Source of the DNA: an uncultured Phycisphaerales bacterium | GTDB taxonomy: Bacteria > Planctomycetota > Phycisphaerae > Sedimentisphaerales > Anaerobacaceae | Reading direction: 5' to 3' | Assembly (NCBI GenBank): GCA_963772725.1 | Contig: CAVYYI010000004.1 | Location: 288,001 to 352,000 of the forward strand | DNA length: 64,000 nucleotides | Shown: in pieces, positions 61,044 to 64,000 of the stretch | Layout: the number at the start of each line of letters is the position of its first letter | Numbering within the stretch: position 1 is the stretch's first letter | Notes under the pieces: model-generated | What the model was told of the DNA's origin: nothing | Databases searched by the model: none | What the model saw: only the letters and a program-made list of their open reading frames with translations | Position numbers and translations under genes: made by a program

Positions 61044-61514
61044 ATGGATAATAAAAAGAGAAAATTAAAAATTTGTCTGGCGGCATCGGCAGGCGGACAC
61101 CTGACCCAGCTTTTGCGAATCGCGGACAGTTGGGCGGGGTATGAGACGTTTTGGGTTACGACAAACGAATTGGTGGCGGAAAGATTAAAACAGCAAGGTT
61201 GTGTACATATAGTGGGCGAGTGTAATCGCGAGCATCCTTTGAAAGTAGTAAAAGCGTTTTTTAAGTGTGTTAAGATTTTGCTTGGGGAAAGACCTGATGT
61301 TGTTATTAGTTCGGGCGCCGCTCCTGGTTTTTTAATGTGTGTGTTGGGGAAAATCTCGGGGGCAAAAGTAGTTTGGCTGGACAGTATTACCAATGTTGAA
61401 AGATTGTCGCTGAGCGGGCGGATGATTAGGCCGTTTGCGGATTTAATTTTAACTCAGTGGTCGGAACTTGCGGAAAATGACAGCAAAATAGAATATGCGG
61501 GGCAGGTAGTATGA
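61044..61514 (+). CDS. Alg14/PssD/Cps14F-like glycosyltransferase subunit
   Basis: CLAASAGGHL, RPDVVISSGAAP, LSLSGR, LTQW. Confidence 0.9.
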   Translation: MDNKKRKLKICLAASAGGHLTQLLRIADSWAGYETFWVTTNELVAERLKQQGCVHIVGECNREHPLKVVKAFFKCVKILLGERPDVVISSGAAPGFLMCVLGKISGAKVVWLDSITNVERLSLSGRMIRPFADLILTQWSELAENDSKIEYAGQVV

Positions 61515-62005
61515 TATTTGTGACGGTTGGGACACAATTTCCGTTTGACCGGCTGGTGCGAACTGTGGACGGAATATGCTATCAGATTGCAGGCGGGCGT
61601 AAGGTTTTTGCGCAGATTGGTGCGAGTCACTATCGGCCGAGTCATTTTGATTATATTCATTCACTTGACAGCGCCGAGTTCAAAGAACGAATGATGACGG
61701 CATCGGCGGTTATAAGTCACGCTGGTGTTGGAACGATAACAATGGCGCTGGATTATAATAAGCCGTTACTGGTTCTGCCGAGACTGAAAAAATTTGGAGA
61801 AGTGGTAAATGACCATCAAGTGGCTATCGCGAGAAAATTTGAGCAGCGCGGGTATTTGCTGGCGGCATATTCGGAAAGTGAGTTGGCAGATAAGATTGAA
61901 GAACTACTGAATTTTGTGCCGCAGAAGCGTGAGGTGAATCCGCAGGCAGTTGCCGTGAGAGTGGGGGAATTTTTGAGAGAAATTGAAGCGAAAGTAAAAA
62001 CGTAA
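61511..62005 (+). CDS. Alg13/PssE/Cps14G-like glycosyltransferase (GT28 C-terminal)
   Basis: MIFVTVGTQFPFDRL, ISHAGVGTI, PRLKKFGEVVNDHQ. Confidence 0.9.
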   Translation: MIFVTVGTQFPFDRLVRTVDGICYQIAGGRKVFAQIGASHYRPSHFDYIHSLDSAEFKERMMTASAVISHAGVGTITMALDYNKPLLVLPRLKKFGEVVNDHQVAIARKFEQRGYLLAAYSESELADKIEELLNFVPQKREVNPQAVAVRVGEFLREIEAKVKT

Positions 62006-62049
62006 AAAATATAGAAATATAAACCATTTTTTAATGAAAGGAATGAACT

Positions 62050-62784
62050 ATGAGACTGAAAAGAATGTTGTCGATGATGGTTTTTTTGATGGTGGTAATT
62101 TGTATAGGAGGGTGTTTCTCGGCCAATCCTGAGGATGTCAAGGCGTTCAGGATGCCGAGCGAGATAAATGTGAGCATGGATAAATATATCCTGCAGCCTC
62201 CTGATGCGGTAGAAGTGCTTTGTGCGGATATTCCAGAATTGAATCAGCAAAAGCAGCGTATCCGTCCGGACGGTATGGTGTCTTTCGAAGGTATCGGTGT
62301 TATTAAAGCAGCGGGCGTGACGCCTGACCAGTTGGCGGATGAATTGCGTGAAAAGGTTATAAAGCTGTATAACCTGTCAGGTGAAAGGCCTGTGGATGTT
62401 CGCATAGTAGCGTACAAGAGCAAATCGTATTACGTGTTAGGAATGGTACAAAAAGCAGGTGACAAAGATTTCACGGGAAGGGACACAGTTTTGGATGCAC
62501 TAGCCAAATCCGTACCGACCAATCTTGCGTGGCGTGACCATATACAGGTTATAAGACCGTCGGCAGACCCGAACAAGAAACCTAAGGTATTTCGGCTCAA
62601 CTTCCACAAGATGATGGTACACGGTGATAATACTAACGATGTATTATTACAGGAAGGCGATATTATTTATGTGCCACCGACGGTTCTGGCGTGGATTGGC
62701 TTGAAGCTGGATGAGCTGCTTGGTCCTATCGGCAGAAGCTTTTCGACTGCTAATGAAGTGAATCCGGCACGGCAATATGAGTAA
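62050..62784 (+). CDS. wza: Polysaccharide export lipoprotein (Wza/OPX-like)
   Basis: Lipobox IGGC, YILQPPDAVEV, IRPDGMVS, SLBB-like YVLGMVQKAG, LQEGDIIYVP. Confidence 0.85.
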   Translation: MRLKRMLSMMVFLMVVICIGGCFSANPEDVKAFRMPSEINVSMDKYILQPPDAVEVLCADIPELNQQKQRIRPDGMVSFEGIGVIKAAGVTPDQLADELREKVIKLYNLSGERPVDVRIVAYKSKSYYVLGMVQKAGDKDFTGRDTVLDALAKSVPTNLAWRDHIQVIRPSADPNKKPKVFRLNFHKMMVHGDNTNDVLLQEGDIIYVPPTVLAWIGLKLDELLGPIGRSFSTANEVNPARQYE

Positions 62785-62793
62785 GGCTTTTAG

Positions 62794-62851
62794 CCCTGAT
62801 GGCGGTTTTAACGGTTGTATAAATTTTGCAACTGTTAAAATCGCCATAGGG
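62794..62851 (+). other. 25-bp RNA stem-loop just after the wza stop
   Basis: CCCT-g-ATGGCGGTTTTAACGGTTGTA / TGCAACTGTTAAAATCGCCATAGGG; three G-U pairs, one bulge, 7-nt loop. Confidence 0.65.
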
Positions 62852-62879
62852 TCGGGATTTTCGGATTATTTACTTATAA

Positions 62880-63893
62880 ACCTGAACTTTGTTTAAGCAA
62901 TGAGATAAACACTTTTTCCTGACTGATATTTGATACTTTCTATTTTTAGCGAAGGTTTTTTCGGCAGTCTCGTATAGGCTATCAGACCGGCTATCAAATG
63001 TGCCAGAAAATTAATCGGGCTGCGATGCCGAGAATGCTCAATCTGGCAGACATTTTTCAGCGTATCATTTACGGTTTCAATCAGTGAACGTTTTCTCAAC
63101 AAAATCTTATCCTCCAATTCCATCAGGCAGGATTTCATATTCTTACGAACATTGGTTATCAATTTGACGCCTTTGCTCAGCAGCTTTTCAAACAGGCCTT
63201 TGCCTATATAACCCTTGTCTCCAAAGAGCTTTCCAAACAAACCCTTTGTCATAGGCTCTGCCATCCGGCTGTCAGCAACATTACCAGCAGTCAGCCGATA
63301 AGACAATAATCCGCCGCACTCATTTATTATAAGGTGAAGCTTAAAGCCATAAAACCATCCCATTGTGGTCTTCCCGATTGCAGCCAAACCGTCAAAAACG
63401 CGGTGACGGCAGATTCGCTTGTTATGACAGACTTTAAGAGATGTACTGTCAATAAAAGAGATGCCTGTCGGTTTATCAATGCCGCAACTCTGTAAATAGA
63501 CAAACATCGGAATAACTGACCTGGGAATAAGATAAACAAATCTATCATAGCTGACCAAATCGGGGAAATCGCATCTGTGATGCTTGAGAACATACTGATA
63601 GTATGCCTTAAAAGTACGAAAACCGCTTGTTTGGAAGCCAATTATAATAGTCATAATCTCACTGATACTTAAGTTGCAATCCCTGTTACGCCGGATAGTT
63701 CCATCATCGAGCAGGTGTTTATTATAAATTTTTTGAAAAACTTTCCAACAATCATCGACATCTACAAATAATGTGGTAAAATCCAGCATTTGACGGCCTC
63801 CTTTGCCTAAGGGTCAATAATATTTTAGTGACAACAATATTATTTCCTTCGGCAGACAGGCCGTTTTTCTATATCCTTATCCAAAGTTCAGGT
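62880..63893 (-). mobile_element. IS982-family insertion sequence (copy B)
   Basis: Same TIRs as copy A; flanking direct repeat TATAA (TTATAAA if the terminal base pair is counted as target). Confidence 0.9.
62893..63789 (-). CDS. IS982-family transposase
   Basis: FIDSTSLKVCHNKRI, GKTTMGWFYGFKLHL, GDKGYIG, IETVND, IEHSRHRS. Confidence 0.95.
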   Translation of the reverse strand: MLDFTTLFVDVDDCWKVFQKIYNKHLLDDGTIRRNRDCNLSISEIMTIIIGFQTSGFRTFKAYYQYVLKHHRCDFPDLVSYDRFVYLIPRSVIPMFVYLQSCGIDKPTGISFIDSTSLKVCHNKRICRHRVFDGLAAIGKTTMGWFYGFKLHLIINECGGLLSYRLTAGNVADSRMAEPMTKGLFGKLFGDKGYIGKGLFEKLLSKGVKLITNVRKNMKSCLMELEDKILLRKRSLIETVNDTLKNVCQIEHSRHRSPINFLAHLIAGLIAYTRLPKKPSLKIESIKYQSGKSVYLIA

Positions 63894-64000
63894 TATAAAA
63901 AACTAAGGAATAACGAAACAACAATACAGTATTTTCCTTATTGAGCTTTAAACGGTATGTGTGTAAATTTACTTATAGTTAAAGTTAATATTATTGGGGA

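Overview
Bacterial chromosomal window, inferred to be from an anaerobic planctomycete of the Phycisphaerae/Sedimentisphaerales type. That inference rests on the style of the PEP-CTERM tail, the dockerin-like C-terminal repeats and the ECF sigma/anti-sigma pairs; it is not from a database search. Gene content in order: a TetR-regulated MacAB-TolC-type export operon; a zinc-ribbon gene followed by an in-frame RNase HI-PurN fusion; metK and purH; an IS630; ccmF-like plus a complete alternative (siroheme, Ahb) heme cluster with fused AhbAB; an ECF/ZAS module; a large M4-type peptidase; arfB; purD; two diverged IS982 elements; a PEP-CTERM gene; an MFS transporter; nfi; tRNA-Ser(CGA); a carbohydrate locus (GH106, GH2, URO-D-like protein, SSS symporter, beta-propeller GH); a divergent ECF module facing an internally duplicated Spy/CpxP-like protein and two metallophosphoesterases; cydAB; and the start of an EPS locus. 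About 17 small indels break genes, including metK and purH, so they are probably long-read consensus errors; many sit at GCGC/GCNGC motifs. Most notable observations: two back-to-back TTGTCCCC-N16-ACAAT promoter-like motifs that suggest an ECF regulon, a 161-bp MITE (24-bp perfect TIRs, 9-bp target duplication) nested among other palindromic repeats, and the RNase HI-PurN fusion.
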